Source of the DNA: an uncultured Fibrobacteria bacterium
GTDB lineage: Bacteria; Fibrobacterota; Fibrobacteria; UBA11236
Assembly: GCA_963716395.1 (NCBI GenBank)
Contig: OY970309.1
Location: 1,312,001 to 1,376,000 of the forward strand
Direction of reading: 5' to 3'
Length of the DNA stretch: 64,000 nt
Numbering within the stretch: the first letter of the stretch is position 1; each line of letters opens with the position of its first letter. Position numbers and translations under genes: made by a program. Below the pieces are notes generated by a model, which was given only the letters and a program-made list of their open reading frames with translations, searched no databases and was not told the origin of the DNA. Shown here in pieces: positions 9,724-20,049 of the stretch.

Positions 9724-10740
9724 TCAGTCGGTGAACCAGCGCAGGTCTTCGGGATCGACCGAAAGGAGCACTTTTTCTCCCAGGCGCATGCGCAGGGTGG
9801 GCGGCACCACGGCGCGCAGAAACTGGCCCGCAGCCTCCAACACCAGCACCGAGGTCGCGCCCATGTTTTCCACGGCCTTAACCACGGCGCCTTCGCCGGC
9901 GGATCGGCGCACGCGCAGGCTTTCGGGGCGGATGCCCAGCCAGCGTCCGGACCCCGGCGGCAGGCCCCACTCCAGAGCCGTGTCGGCGGGAATCAAATTG
10001 ATGGGAGGCCGCCCGAGCAGGCGCGCCACGCGGCTGTTGCGCGGCCGGCGGTACACCTCTTCGGGGGCGCCCACCTGCAAAACGCGGCCTTCTTCCAGTG
10101 CCAGAATGCGATCGGCCATGCCCATGGCCTCTTCGTGATCATGGGTCACGTAAATCATCGATACGCCCAAGGTGCGCTGCCATTGCCGAATTTCGGTGCG
10201 CATGCGGCCGCGCAATTGCGCGTCGAGATGGGTCAGCGGTTCGTCGAGCAGAATCAGGCTGGGGCGCCGCACCAGGGCGCGGCCGATGGCGACCCGTTGC
10301 ATTTCGCCCCCCGACAATTGCCCGGGCTTGCGGTTCAGCTTGTCGAACAAACCGAGCATCGAGGCGACGTCGGCGACCCGTGCTGCGATCTCGGCGTCAT
10401 CGAGCTTGACGCCGGGGGCGCGCAGCGGCATTTCCAGGTTCTGGCTGACGGTGAAGCGCGGATACAAAGAGAAATTCTGGAAGACCATGGCGATGTCGCG
10501 GCGATGGGGCGGGGTACGAAGCAAACTTTGATCACCGGCGCGCACGTCGCCGGAATCGGCGGTTTCCAATCCCGACAGGATGCGTAGCAAAGTGGTTTTG
10601 CCCGCACCGTTGGGCCCGAGCACCACCAGGATTTCTCCGGATTGTACCGTGAAGCGGATGTCGTCGAGGGCCCGGCATGGTGGCGTGCCGCGGCGGCCGG
10701 GAAAAGTTTTGCCCAGCCGATCTACCGTGTAGACGGACAT
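9724..10740 (-). CDS. Sugar ABC transporter ATP-binding protein (MalK-like)
   Basis: Walker A GPNGAGKTT, LSGGEMQR, LLDEP, YVTHD. ATG at 10740 after GGAGG. Confidence 0.9.
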   Translation of the reverse strand: MSVYTVDRLGKTFPGRRGTPPCRALDDIRFTVQSGEILVVLGPNGAGKTTLLRILSGLETADSGDVRAGDQSLLRTPPHRRDIAMVFQNFSLYPRFTVSQNLEMPLRAPGVKLDDAEIAARVADVASMLGLFDKLNRKPGQLSGGEMQRVAIGRALVRRPSLILLDEPLTHLDAQLRGRMRTEIRQWQRTLGVSMIYVTHDHEEAMGMADRILALEEGRVLQVGAPEEVYRRPRNSRVARLLGRPPINLIPADTALEWGLPPGSGRWLGIRPESLRVRRSAGEGAVVKAVENMGATSVLVLEAAGQFLRAVVPPTLRMRLGEKVLLSVDPEDLRWFTD

Positions 10741-11837
10741 ACCGCCTCCAGGGTTTTCCACGGCAACGCCACGCCGGTTTCGCCGTCGAACCAGCGGCAG
10801 CCGGCGGGGATGAAGGTTAGACGCACCGCTTCGCCGCCGTGAATGCGGCGGTTGCCGGGCAGCCAGACGCGCACACGCGCCGCCCCGGCCTTGGCTTCGA
10901 GTTGATTCGACGATCCCAGAATTTCGAGATGTTCGGCCGTGCAGGGTGCGCCTTCTTCGGAGAGCAGCACGTGTTCGGGGCGCACGCCCACATAATACGT
11001 GGCTTCGCCCGGGCCTTTGCGGCCGCCGCTTTGGTAAAAGCCGGCCACGCGCAGCCGTAGCGGCAGGTCGTTGAGCGTCACCCATTCGCCGCGGCGGATG
11101 CCGCGCAAGAGATTCATGCCCCGGCCACCCACGAAGCCGGCCACGAACAGATCGGCCGGATCTTCATACACCTCGCGCGGCGTGCCGGCTTGCAGGAGCC
11201 GGCCCTCGCGCATGACCGCGAGGTAATCGGCCAGGGCCATGGCTTCGCCTTGATCATGGGTGACCAGCACCGTGGTGCTGCCGCGTTCGTTGTGCAGCAC
11301 GCGCAGGGTTTCGCGCAGCTCTTCGCGCAGCGCGCCGTCGAGATTGCCGAGCGGCTCGTCGAGCAGATACGCCTTGGGGGCCCGGATCAGGGCCCGCGCC
11401 AGACTGATGCGCTGCTGATCGCCCCCCGACAAGACGCCGGGTTTGCGGCGCGCCGCGTCCCCGACCCCGAGTCGTTGCAGCAGATCGCGCGCCCGTTCGC
11501 GCGCCGTCGCGGCCGAAAGACCCTGCGCGCGCAGGGGAAAGGCCACGTTTTCTTCGGCGGTCAAATGCGGATAGAGCGCGTACAGTTGGAAGGCGAAGGC
11601 GACATCGCGGCGCGACGGGGGCTTACGGGTTACCTCTTCACCGCCCAGGAAAACGCGGCCGCGGGTGGGCGTTTCCAGGCCCGCGATGAGGCGCAGCAAG
11701 GTGGTTTTTCCCGAGCCGCTGGGGCCGAGAATGACTACGAACTGCCCGGGCAAAACCGACAGGTTCAACGGTTGCACGGCCACCATGTCTTCGAAGCGTT
11801 TGGCCACCTCTTCCAGCCGGATGCGGGGTTCTTCCAT
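10722..11837 (-). CDS. Sugar ABC transporter ATP-binding protein (MalK-like)
   Basis: GPSGSGKTT, LSGGDQQR, LLDEPL, VTHDQGEA. Confidence 0.9.
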   Translation of the reverse strand: MEEPRIRLEEVAKRFEDMVAVQPLNLSVLPGQFVVILGPSGSGKTTLLRLIAGLETPTRGRVFLGGEEVTRKPPSRRDVAFAFQLYALYPHLTAEENVAFPLRAQGLSAATARERARDLLQRLGVGDAARRKPGVLSGGDQQRISLARALIRAPKAYLLDEPLGNLDGALREELRETLRVLHNERGSTTVLVTHDQGEAMALADYLAVMREGRLLQAGTPREVYEDPADLFVAGFVGGRGMNLLRGIRRGEWVTLNDLPLRLRVAGFYQSGGRKGPGEATYYVGVRPEHVLLSEEGAPCTAEHLEILGSSNQLEAKAGAARVRVWLPGNRRIHGGEAVRLTFIPAGCRWFDGETGVALPWKTLEAVCPSTR

Positions 11838-11842
11838 CGGCG

Positions 11843-12697
11843 TCAGCCCTTGACGGCCCCGAAGGTGATGCCCCGCACCAGGTGCCGGCGCATGAGCATT
11901 CCGAACGCGGCCACGGGCAGAAGGAATAAGGTGGCCGCCGCGGCCAAAGGTCCCCAGGGCAGCCGGCTCAAGTCGCCGATGATGGCGTTGATGCGCACCG
12001 GCATGGTCACGGCCTCGACCGCCGTGAGCGTGAGGGCGTAGGCGTATTCGTTCCAGGAGCTGATGAAGCAGAACACCGCCGTGGCCGCCAAACCCGGCCC
12101 CGAATGGGGCAGCACGATGCGCAGAAAGGCCCGCACGCGCGAATAGCCGTCGAGGCGGGCGGCGTCGTCGTAGGCCGTGGGAATTTCGTCGAAGAAGGCT
12201 TTCATCATCCAGGTGCTGAAGGAAAGGTTGCAGCAGGTATACAGCAGAATCAAGCCGGTGCGGGTGTCGAACAATCCCGTGCGGCTATACAGAAAGCTGA
12301 GCGGCAGGGCCACGGCCATCGGCGGCACCATGCGCGTCAGCAAAATGAAGAGCTGGGCCAGGCGCGATCCGCGGAAGCGGAAACGGCTGAACCCGTAGCC
12401 GGCCAGGGCGCCCACCGCCACCGAAGCCGCGGTGCTGACCAGCGACACGATCACCGAGTTCAGGAAGTAGCGCAAGGTGTCGGCTTCGGAAAGAATGCGC
12501 CGGTAATTGATCCAGGTAAAGCGGAACCAGAAGCTGTTATCGGGCGCCGACGATCCCGGAAAAATGCGCGGAGGCAGCAAGGTGGTGTCGGCCGGCGACT
12601 TGAAGCTCGTCAGCACCAGCCAAAGCACGGGCGCCAGACTGAGGGCGGCGTAGGCGGCGAGCACCACCAGGCCGGGTCGGGAAGCGCGCTGCTTCAC
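11843..12697 (-). CDS. Carbohydrate ABC transporter permease (MalG-like)
   Basis: EAA-like loop YDDAARLDG and SWNEY. The GTG start overlaps the upstream TGA. Confidence 0.9.
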   Translation of the reverse strand: MKQRASRPGLVVLAAYAALSLAPVLWLVLTSFKSPADTTLLPPRIFPGSSAPDNSFWFRFTWINYRRILSEADTLRYFLNSVIVSLVSTAASVAVGALAGYGFSRFRFRGSRLAQLFILLTRMVPPMAVALPLSFLYSRTGLFDTRTGLILLYTCCNLSFSTWMMKAFFDEIPTAYDDAARLDGYSRVRAFLRIVLPHSGPGLAATAVFCFISSWNEYAYALTLTAVEAVTMPVRINAIIGDLSRLPWGPLAAAATLFLLPVAAFGMLMRRHLVRGITFGAVKG

Positions 12698-13572
12698 GCC
12701 GTCCTCCGCACGCGGTCCAGCAGATGCAACACCAGCGCCGCCAGGGCCAGGGCCAGCACCAGCATCAGGCAGGCGATGGCCGCAGGCTGCCCCAACGAAC
12801 TGCTGCCGCCGAAAGCCCGGCCGTAAATCAGCACGCTCAAAAAGGTGGTGGGCTGGCCTTCCAGGCTGCCGTTCAGCACCATGGCCGTATCGAACATGCG
12901 AAAGGCGTCGATGGCGCGAAAGGCGATGCCCAGCAACAGCAAGGGCGCGGCCAGCGGCAAGGTGATGCGTCGTAGCCGGAACCAGGCGCCGGCCCGATCG
13001 ATTTCGGCGGCCTCGTACAGCGAGGCCGGAATCGAATTCAGGGCCGCCAGGGAAAGCAGCATCATGAACGGCGTCCAGGTCCACACGTCGACGATCACCA
13101 CGGCCAGGAAGGACCGGGGTTGCGACCCGTCCCAACTCCAGCGCTGGTTGAGCAGCCAGTTGAGCGCCCCGTAATTGGTGTTGAACAGGTAACGCCAAAA
13201 GGACCCCACTACGGCCGGCGACAGCATCATGGGCAAAAGCAGCAGGGCGGTCACCCAGCCGCGGTGGCGGAACGGGTGGCGCAATAGCAGCGCCAGCATA
13301 AAACCCAGCGCGGTTTCCAGCGCCACGCTGAGGACGGTGAAGGCCGCGGTGCGTCCGAACGAAAACCACACCTCTTCGTTGCCGCTCTGGAATAAAGCCG
13401 CGTAATTGCGATGGCCCACCCAGGTGGGAACGTCGCTCAGAATGGGATTGTAATTGGTGAAGCTGACCGCGAAGCTGACGAGAATGGGAACCAGGTTGAA
13501 CACCAGGAGCAACACGAGGGCCGGAGCGACAAACCAGAACCAAATCCGTTCCCGCCCCGGCGCCGCCGTCAT
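12694..13572 (-). CDS. Carbohydrate ABC transporter permease (MalF-like)
   Basis: LYEAAEIDRAG loop, VDVWTWTPF, multi-TM. Confidence 0.9.
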   Translation of the reverse strand: MTAAPGRERIWFWFVAPALVLLLVFNLVPILVSFAVSFTNYNPILSDVPTWVGHRNYAALFQSGNEEVWFSFGRTAAFTVLSVALETALGFMLALLLRHPFRHRGWVTALLLLPMMLSPAVVGSFWRYLFNTNYGALNWLLNQRWSWDGSQPRSFLAVVIVDVWTWTPFMMLLSLAALNSIPASLYEAAEIDRAGAWFRLRRITLPLAAPLLLLGIAFRAIDAFRMFDTAMVLNGSLEGQPTTFLSVLIYGRAFGGSSSLGQPAAIACLMLVLALALAALVLHLLDRVRRTA

Positions 13573-14951
13573 AAACCGCTCCGCACAGCCAGGGCGCGGC
13601 GCGGCGCCAGGATGCGTTCATGCGCCTCCTGGACGCGGCGGGCGGCGACTTCCGGCGACTCGCCGTTCTGAATCACCGCGCAGATCTCCCGCTGCGTCAC
13701 CGACAGCAGTTGATCGTATTCAGGCACGTTCCAGAAATCGCGCATCATGCCGAAGGCCTCTTCGAATAAGGGGTTGTAGGGTGTGGCGCGCAGGAATTCG
13801 GGCGAGCGCATCACCGCCAGGTTCAAGGTGAACCCCCCTTTGGCCGCCCATAGGCGCTGCACCTCGGTGCTGGAAAACCATTTCAGGTAGTCCAACGCCA
13901 ATTGCCGGCGCGCCGGGGGGATATGGGCGTTGATGCTCATTCCCTGCCCGCCCAGCGAGGTGGCCCGACGGCGCACGCCGTCCGAGTCGACAAAGGCCGG
14001 GCTGTTGAAGAATCCGGTTTTATCGTGGTAATCGGGATCTTCGAGGGGGTTCATCAGGGAAGGCATGAAGGCGAAAAAGTCGCACATCATGGCCGCGCGG
14101 CCCGCGATGAATTCGGCGGTCGCCGCGCCGTAATCCAGATTGCGCCCGCCCGGCGAAGTCGTGTTCAGCAAGGTGTCGAAGAACTGCAAAGCCCGCACCG
14201 TCTGGGGCGAATCGAAATCGACGGTGTAATTTTGATAATTGCCGAAGTCTCCCCCCATGGACCACAGCAATTGCTCGAAGCTCATGGTCACATTGTCGTA
14301 GCTGCGCGAAGTCACCATGGCCACGCCGGCCATGCCGGGAACGGCCTGGTGGAAGTAGCGCGCAATCCACAGCAACTGGGTCCAGGTTTGCGGCGGCGCC
14401 AGCGGAAAGGAATCGACGCCGTTGCGGACCAGAAAATCGGCGAAGGCTTGGCGATGACCCGGATCCTGGAACAAATCCTTGCGATAGGCCCAGGCCATGG
14501 CGTCGCCTTCGCAGGGCACGGCGTAAAGGCGGCCCGAGCCTTTGGGGTATTCGCTGTACCATTTCAAAGCATTCGGCGCGAGCTCGGCCACGGGAATGTT
14601 TTGTGGAATCCAGGAGGTGAGCTCGAGGTAATGTCCGCCCACGGCGCCGAGGCCCAGCCATTGGCTGTCGCCGATGATGATGTCGTAATTGGCGCTGCGG
14701 TTGCGGAATTCGGAAAAGGTCGCGGCCGAGAAAGCGCCGTCCCAAGACTTTTTCACCACCTCGACAGGCACGCCGCTTTGGCCCGTATACAGCTTGCTGA
14801 GATCGGCCAACGCATCCGAAGGCGGCCAGTCGGCCCATAGAATTTTAAGCGGTTCCACGCTTTGCTTTTGCGCGCACCCCGCAAGTCCGGCGGCGCCGAG
14901 AAGCGCCAGGCCGGCCCCGCAGAAAAAAAGTCGTCCAAACCAAGACTTCAC
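13569..14951 (-). CDS. Sugar ABC transporter substrate-binding lipoprotein
   Basis: Lipobox LAGC; YDIIIGDSQWLG, YRKDLF and PQTWTQL of SBP family 1. Probable GTG start at 14951. Confidence 0.9.
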   Translation of the reverse strand: MKSWFGRLFFCGAGLALLGAAGLAGCAQKQSVEPLKILWADWPPSDALADLSKLYTGQSGVPVEVVKKSWDGAFSAATFSEFRNRSANYDIIIGDSQWLGLGAVGGHYLELTSWIPQNIPVAELAPNALKWYSEYPKGSGRLYAVPCEGDAMAWAYRKDLFQDPGHRQAFADFLVRNGVDSFPLAPPQTWTQLLWIARYFHQAVPGMAGVAMVTSRSYDNVTMSFEQLLWSMGGDFGNYQNYTVDFDSPQTVRALQFFDTLLNTTSPGGRNLDYGAATAEFIAGRAAMMCDFFAFMPSLMNPLEDPDYHDKTGFFNSPAFVDSDGVRRRATSLGGQGMSINAHIPPARRQLALDYLKWFSSTEVQRLWAAKGGFTLNLAVMRSPEFLRATPYNPLFEEAFGMMRDFWNVPEYDQLLSVTQREICAVIQNGESPEVAARRVQEAHERILAPRRALAVRSGL

Positions 14952-15346
14952 CGGATCACCGGACGTTTCTCTGCCATCAAGGGATTTTCCCAAGCCAACC
15001 GAATCGCACGCGTGCCGCTTAAATTTTCGGTGCAATTTGGGTCATCCTTGCAGCGGCATTTATTAAATCCGTGACAGTATTGATAACATTGAGAGATCCA
15101 AAATAAACATCCGAGCCGCGTGGGCGGTAAAGATTCACGGCGCCCAGTCGGCGCGGCCGGTTTCTCATCGGGCGCGGATTCAAAGTCGAAGTTTGGGTTC
15201 CGGTTGAGTGGGGGCCAACCCTCGTAAGCGGCGGTGAGTGATCCACGGCGGTTCCTTGCGTCAAGCCTTATTATAATGGTCTACCTCGTCCGCCGCTGGT
15301 GGAGGCCGGTGTTCGCGTTCGGGGGCGGGCAAGGATCGGTTTGGCA

Positions 15347-16819
15347 ATGAAAGTTTTTATTTCACGTCTAGTCTTAGCCGGATTTCTGACGGGGTTGGAA
15401 GCCCCCGCCGCCGTTTATTATGTCGCTCCCTCGGGCCATGACGGCGCGGCCGGCACCCTGGACGCGCCGCTGCAAACCATGGCGCAGGCGCAGACTTTGG
15501 CCCTGCCCGGCGATACGGTTTATTTCCGGGGCGGCACCTATGCCTTTGTCAGTTCCTCCGACTCCAACGGGGTGACGCTCGACAAAAGCGGAACATCGGG
15601 AAATCCCATCCGCTACTGGGCTTACGCCGGTGAAATCCCGGTGTTCGATTTCGTCGGCATGACGGCCCCCAAACGCATCAAAGGGGTGAATGTAACCGGG
15701 AGTTGGCTGCACCTGCGGGGGTTGGAAATGAAGAACGTGCCCCAAACCGACGCGCTCAAGGCCCATGAAGACTGGTGCATCTACGTCAACGGCGGCAGCC
15801 ACAACATTTTCGAACGGCTCAACCTGCACAACAACATGGGGCCCGGTTTGTTCATCGTCGCCGGCGGGGCCAACTTGATATTGAATTGTGATTCACATGA
15901 CAATTACGATCCGTATTCCTATACCAACGGGGTTCTCGATCCCGGGCAGAACGCGGATGGATTCGGGTTTCACAGCCGCAACGTGGCGGACTCGGGCACG
16001 GTTTTCCGCGGCTGCCGCGCCTGGTGGAATTCGGATGATGGCTTCGATTTCATCGATGCCGCGACTTCGGTGACGGTGGAAAGTTGTTGGTCGTGGAATA
16101 ACGGGTATAAGCCCGAAACCACGCAATCCACCGGAAACGGGAACGGCTTCAAGGTCGGCGGCTATGGGCTGCCGCCTGCCGATTATCCGTCCACCCTGCC
16201 CCGGCACGTCGTGCGGTTAAGTCTGGCTTTCGACAACCTGGCGGCGGGGTTTTATCAGAACCATCACCCCATCGCGAATTATTACTACAACAACACTTCG
16301 TTCAACAACAAATCCTCCAACTTCAATTTGCTGGGCTACGACCTCGGCAGCAGCAGCGGTGTCAGCTTGGGCATCTTGCGAAACAATATCGCCTTAACCG
16401 GAACCGCCCTCGCCAACGCCACCACCGGAAACGGGGTGGATGCCGCGTACAATTCCTGGAACCTGAACGTCGCTGTCTCGGCCGCGGATTTTCACAGCAC
16501 GGACACCGCCGGTGTCGGAGGCCCCCGACAATCCGACGGGAGTCTCCCCAATATCCCGTTTATGCAATTGAAAAGCGGAAGCCCTTTGATCGATGCCGGA
16601 ACAAACGTGGGTTTGCCCTACGCGGGAGCGGCCCCGGATTTAGGGGCCTTCGAATTTCAATTGGCGACGGGCATTTTTCCGGGCGACAAAATGCTCCGCG
16701 CCGCCACAGTCCTGGATCCGAACGGGAATGCCCATGTTCGGGTCTTCGACGTGTCGGGACGAAAGCTTCCGCAGGCTTGGCTCCGCCCCCAAACCCCGAT
16801 TTTGTGGATAAACCGATAG
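15347..16819 (+). CDS. Polysaccharide lyase family 9 (Pel9A/DUF4990-like beta-helix) with a short C-terminal secretion-like tag
   Basis: Signal peptide; YYVAPSG, GQNADGFG, RAWWNSDDGFD, GNGNGFKVGG and APDLGAFE; C-terminal VRVFDVSGR. Confidence 0.85.
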   Translation: MKVFISRLVLAGFLTGLEAPAAVYYVAPSGHDGAAGTLDAPLQTMAQAQTLALPGDTVYFRGGTYAFVSSSDSNGVTLDKSGTSGNPIRYWAYAGEIPVFDFVGMTAPKRIKGVNVTGSWLHLRGLEMKNVPQTDALKAHEDWCIYVNGGSHNIFERLNLHNNMGPGLFIVAGGANLILNCDSHDNYDPYSYTNGVLDPGQNADGFGFHSRNVADSGTVFRGCRAWWNSDDGFDFIDAATSVTVESCWSWNNGYKPETTQSTGNGNGFKVGGYGLPPADYPSTLPRHVVRLSLAFDNLAAGFYQNHHPIANYYYNNTSFNNKSSNFNLLGYDLGSSSGVSLGILRNNIALTGTALANATTGNGVDAAYNSWNLNVAVSAADFHSTDTAGVGGPRQSDGSLPNIPFMQLKSGSPLIDAGTNVGLPYAGAAPDLGAFEFQLATGIFPGDKMLRAATVLDPNGNAHVRVFDVSGRKLPQAWLRPQTPILWINR

Positions 16820-16859
16820 AGCCTGGGGGCGCCGTTCCTCAACCTCTGTTTACCGCGGA

Positions 16860-17954
16860 TTAAAATGCGACCCGTTTCACCCGTGTAACGAAGAGGTTGC
16901 CGGAATAAGCGGCCACCACGGCAAAACCCGCATGCTCGCCCGCGGGCACGAAGTCGGTCACGTTGCCGCCCAAAGTTTGCGCGGAAACCACGACGCCGGC
17001 ATCGACACGTTGGTTCAAATCGATTTTCTCCACCCCGCCGTCGTTGCCCGCATAATTGGCCGCGCAGGCGAGATACCACATGGTTCCCTCCACATGCGCC
17101 GAAACCGGATTCTTGAATTGCAGCGGAATGGTCGATACGACCTGCTTGGAAGCGGCGTCGATGACCACCACCAGCGACGTGTCTCGCGCCGCGTAGTTGT
17201 AATTGAGACGCTGCAAAGCCACGAAGACGTATCCGTTGTAGGCTGTCGCAAAAGCCATGCGGGGCGTGCCGGCCGCGCTATCGGGCGGGGTTTGGGAATC
17301 ATAGGCGCTGAGATCGAGGGAGTCGAGCGCACCGCCGCCGAGTTGCGCAGGATCGGCCAGCAGCAATGAAGGTTGATTATAACGCGGGATGAACGCGGTT
17401 GCGTTGGCGACGGCGATGTCATAGGGATTGCTGTTGGCGCCGGTTTGCAGATTGAAGACCACGTTCTGACCGGGCGCATGTCCGGTGAACCCGGTGATGA
17501 CGCCGGTGGTGTGATCGAAGAGGTACACCATGCCGCCGGCCGTATCGACGAAGTTGTCGCTGCCGAAGGTCAGCACCGAAGACTGCAAAGATTTTCCTGT
17601 CAAATCCAGCACGCTAATCGACCCTTCGGAATAATCCGTTTCGGTGATCACGACATAGCGGTCTTCGGCCACAGCCATGGAAGAAGCTGGGAGTTTTTCA
17701 GTGTAATACGCCGTGATAAGGCCGGTGCCGGTGTCGGCCACCGCGATGCCGGGATCGCTGGAGTCGCGGTTGGCGACGAGCAACTGGCCGCCGTGCACCA
17801 GCAGTTGCGCCGGTTCCGACAAGCTGTCGACGTTCCTTCCCACCCACGACGCCGCGGGCGGCTGCGAAGCGCCGTCGAAAATGCAGCCGGCCGCGAACAG
17901 GGCGCAACCTGCGACGGCCATCAGGCGCGTTAATAAAGAACTTGTGCTGTTCAT
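16860..17954 (-). CDS. Beta-propeller lipoprotein, BtuG/YncE-like putative cobalamin-binding surface protein
   Basis: Lipobox AAGC; propeller-type repeats (NPYDIAV, VFVALQRL, VVVIDA); directly downstream of the riboswitch-controlled TonB receptor. Confidence 0.65.
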   Translation of the reverse strand: MNSTSSLLTRLMAVAGCALFAAGCIFDGASQPPAASWVGRNVDSLSEPAQLLVHGGQLLVANRDSSDPGIAVADTGTGLITAYYTEKLPASSMAVAEDRYVVITETDYSEGSISVLDLTGKSLQSSVLTFGSDNFVDTAGGMVYLFDHTTGVITGFTGHAPGQNVVFNLQTGANSNPYDIAVANATAFIPRYNQPSLLLADPAQLGGGALDSLDLSAYDSQTPPDSAAGTPRMAFATAYNGYVFVALQRLNYNYAARDTSLVVVIDAASKQVVSTIPLQFKNPVSAHVEGTMWYLACAANYAGNDGGVEKIDLNQRVDAGVVVSAQTLGGNVTDFVPAGEHAGFAVVAAYSGNLFVTRVKRVAF

Positions 17955-17972
17955 GGAATCTCCTGGCAAAGG

Positions 17973-19916
17973 TTAGAGGTTGAGGGAAAGGGTCAAATCG
18001 AAACTGCGTCCGCTTTGCACGCTGTAGGCGAAATCCTGCGCGCGCTCATCGCCGAGGTTGCGGGCGTCGAAAGCCAGGCGCATGGGGCCGCGGCGGGCTT
18101 CGGCCTGCGCACCCCAGCGCCACGAAGGCGGACGGTGCGTGCCCGGCAAGTCGAGGTCGCCCGGATAATACGGGCCGAGAAGATCCAGCGTCGGACCGGC
18201 CGCCAGGCCGGATAGCGGCTTCCAGAAAAATTCCGCATGGCCCTCCAACGGCGTTTGATAGGCCGGCCAGAGGCCTTGCGCCGGGCCCGACAATACCGAC
18301 AGGTCTTGCCAAGTCAACGCGAACGAGATTTCAAAGCGCCGAGTCTGCACATGGGCTTCGTTTTCCCAACCAGCCGCGCGATACGCCGGGCCATTGGCGT
18401 AATGCAGAAATTGCGTGGAGCCGTAGGCTTCGAGGCGGATGGGGTTGTGATATTCGTTCCAGAACAGCGAAGTTTGCACGCGCAGGCCGCCGCGCCGCCA
18501 CGTGCCCGTGGCTTCGCCGGAACGGGTTTGCTGGGACTGCAAACCGAGATCGGGACGGATGCCGAGATTGTCGCCCAACAATTCCTGCGCCGAAGGCGCC
18601 CGCTCTTCCCACCGGCCGAGAAAAACCACCAAGCCCCAGGGGTTTTCCCATTCGCCCGCGGCGCGCGCGGCCAAGGGAGTGCTGCGTTGTGACGCCGGAG
18701 CGGTCGAATCGCCGACGGGAAAAGCGAGCACATGCGCCGCGTCGAATTGCATCCCTTCGCCGCGCGCCTCTCCGGTCACCGAAAGGTTACGGGTGAACCG
18801 GCGGCGCAGCGTGAGGCCGAGGCCGGCGTTCAGGCGTTCGGCTGCGGGCGAGGCGAAGGCCTGATCAAAAGGCGTGGCCGTAGGCTGCACGCTTTCCCAG
18901 CGCGCGCGGGATTCGCTTTCCACTTCCCAGCGCGATCCCAGTGGGAGGTGCACGCGCGCGTCGGCTTCCACCGCCGTGGAAACGCGCGCCTCGGCATAGG
19001 AGAGATAACCGAGCGTCTGGGCGGGATCGCGGTAGTCGTCTTCAAAGCGGCGGGCCTGAATCCCGGCTTCCAGCCAGGCGCCGCCATCGAAAAAAGCCCG
19101 ATCGCGCCAGGCCCCGAGCCATTCCTGGTGTCGGGTGTAGGCTTGCGCCTGGGCCGGAAAAAGTCCCGGATATTGCTTGAGATATTCGATTCCAATCAGC
19201 GACAGGGTTTGCGATCCGGCCTCCGAGGCGCGTTGCAGCGACGCGCGGGCGCCCCGGCTCCAGTAGGCGTTGTTGGCCAGACGCGTTGCGGCATCGTCGC
19301 CGGCGTTGTAAACGGTGTAATTATCGGTGGAATAGGGATAGTCGTTCCGGCTGTCCTGGCCTTCGAGGCCTACCGTCCACTTCCAGGCGGATCCGCCGCT
19401 CACCGCAGCGGCGGCCTCGGCCGTGGAAAAGCTGCCGAGCCGCGCGGCCGCTTCGGCGCGGTGCGGCGACGCGGTGGAAAGATCGATGCGCGCCAGCGTT
19501 CCCGGAGCGCCGGCGCCGAAGGCGTCGAACCCGCTGCGGGCGGTGAGCCCCGAAAACCAAAGCAGGGGCCATTTGGAAAGGTCGGGCGCGGATTCGCCTT
19601 CCTGGTTGAGCCGAATGCCGTCGAGATCGATTTCGACCGCACCCGCGTCGGCTCCGCGGAAACTGAGCTCGGAATAACCGCCCAATCCGCCGGCTTGGCG
19701 CATGCGAAAGCCGGGGATCGAAGCCAGGGCGTCGGCCAGGGACGCGAAGCGCAACAACTGCTCTTGGTTCAGGCGATGCACCGACGCTGCGGCCGAATCG
19801 ACGGGTCGGCCGGCGACGCCTACCGCGGACAGTTCCAAGGTATCGGGCGCATCGGCCGCAACGGCCACTGCCGCCAGGGCCAGAAGCAATCCCGCCCGCC
19901 ATTTCCGGGGCAGCAT
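17973..19916 (-). CDS. TonB-dependent receptor, probable cobalamin importer (BtuB-like)
   Basis: Plug motif LADALASIPGFRMRQAGGLGGYSELSFRG...IDLDGIRLN; C-terminal RNLGD...GRSFDLTLSLNL; cobalamin riboswitch upstream. Confidence 0.8.
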   Translation of the reverse strand: MLPRKWRAGLLLALAAVAVAADAPDTLELSAVGVAGRPVDSAAASVHRLNQEQLLRFASLADALASIPGFRMRQAGGLGGYSELSFRGADAGAVEIDLDGIRLNQEGESAPDLSKWPLLWFSGLTARSGFDAFGAGAPGTLARIDLSTASPHRAEAAARLGSFSTAEAAAAVSGGSAWKWTVGLEGQDSRNDYPYSTDNYTVYNAGDDAATRLANNAYWSRGARASLQRASEAGSQTLSLIGIEYLKQYPGLFPAQAQAYTRHQEWLGAWRDRAFFDGGAWLEAGIQARRFEDDYRDPAQTLGYLSYAEARVSTAVEADARVHLPLGSRWEVESESRARWESVQPTATPFDQAFASPAAERLNAGLGLTLRRRFTRNLSVTGEARGEGMQFDAAHVLAFPVGDSTAPASQRSTPLAARAAGEWENPWGLVVFLGRWEERAPSAQELLGDNLGIRPDLGLQSQQTRSGEATGTWRRGGLRVQTSLFWNEYHNPIRLEAYGSTQFLHYANGPAYRAAGWENEAHVQTRRFEISFALTWQDLSVLSGPAQGLWPAYQTPLEGHAEFFWKPLSGLAAGPTLDLLGPYYPGDLDLPGTHRPPSWRWGAQAEARRGPMRLAFDARNLGDERAQDFAYSVQSGRSFDLTLSLNL

Positions 19917-20049
19917 ACAGCCTTTCTCCGCGGGATCGCGCCGCGGGAAATCTGCGCCTACGGAACAAACGGGTAACGGTAACGGCTGAGATACGGCGGA
20001 AAAATGCCGCCGGCTCGCCTGCCCCCGCGCCCGTAGAGCAGTCGTCAGC

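Noticed and set aside
15180-15260. Possible small RNA or tRNA between the SBP and PL9 genes
   Set aside because: Only short hairpins (GGTTG/CAACC) are present; no cloverleaf or known family motif.
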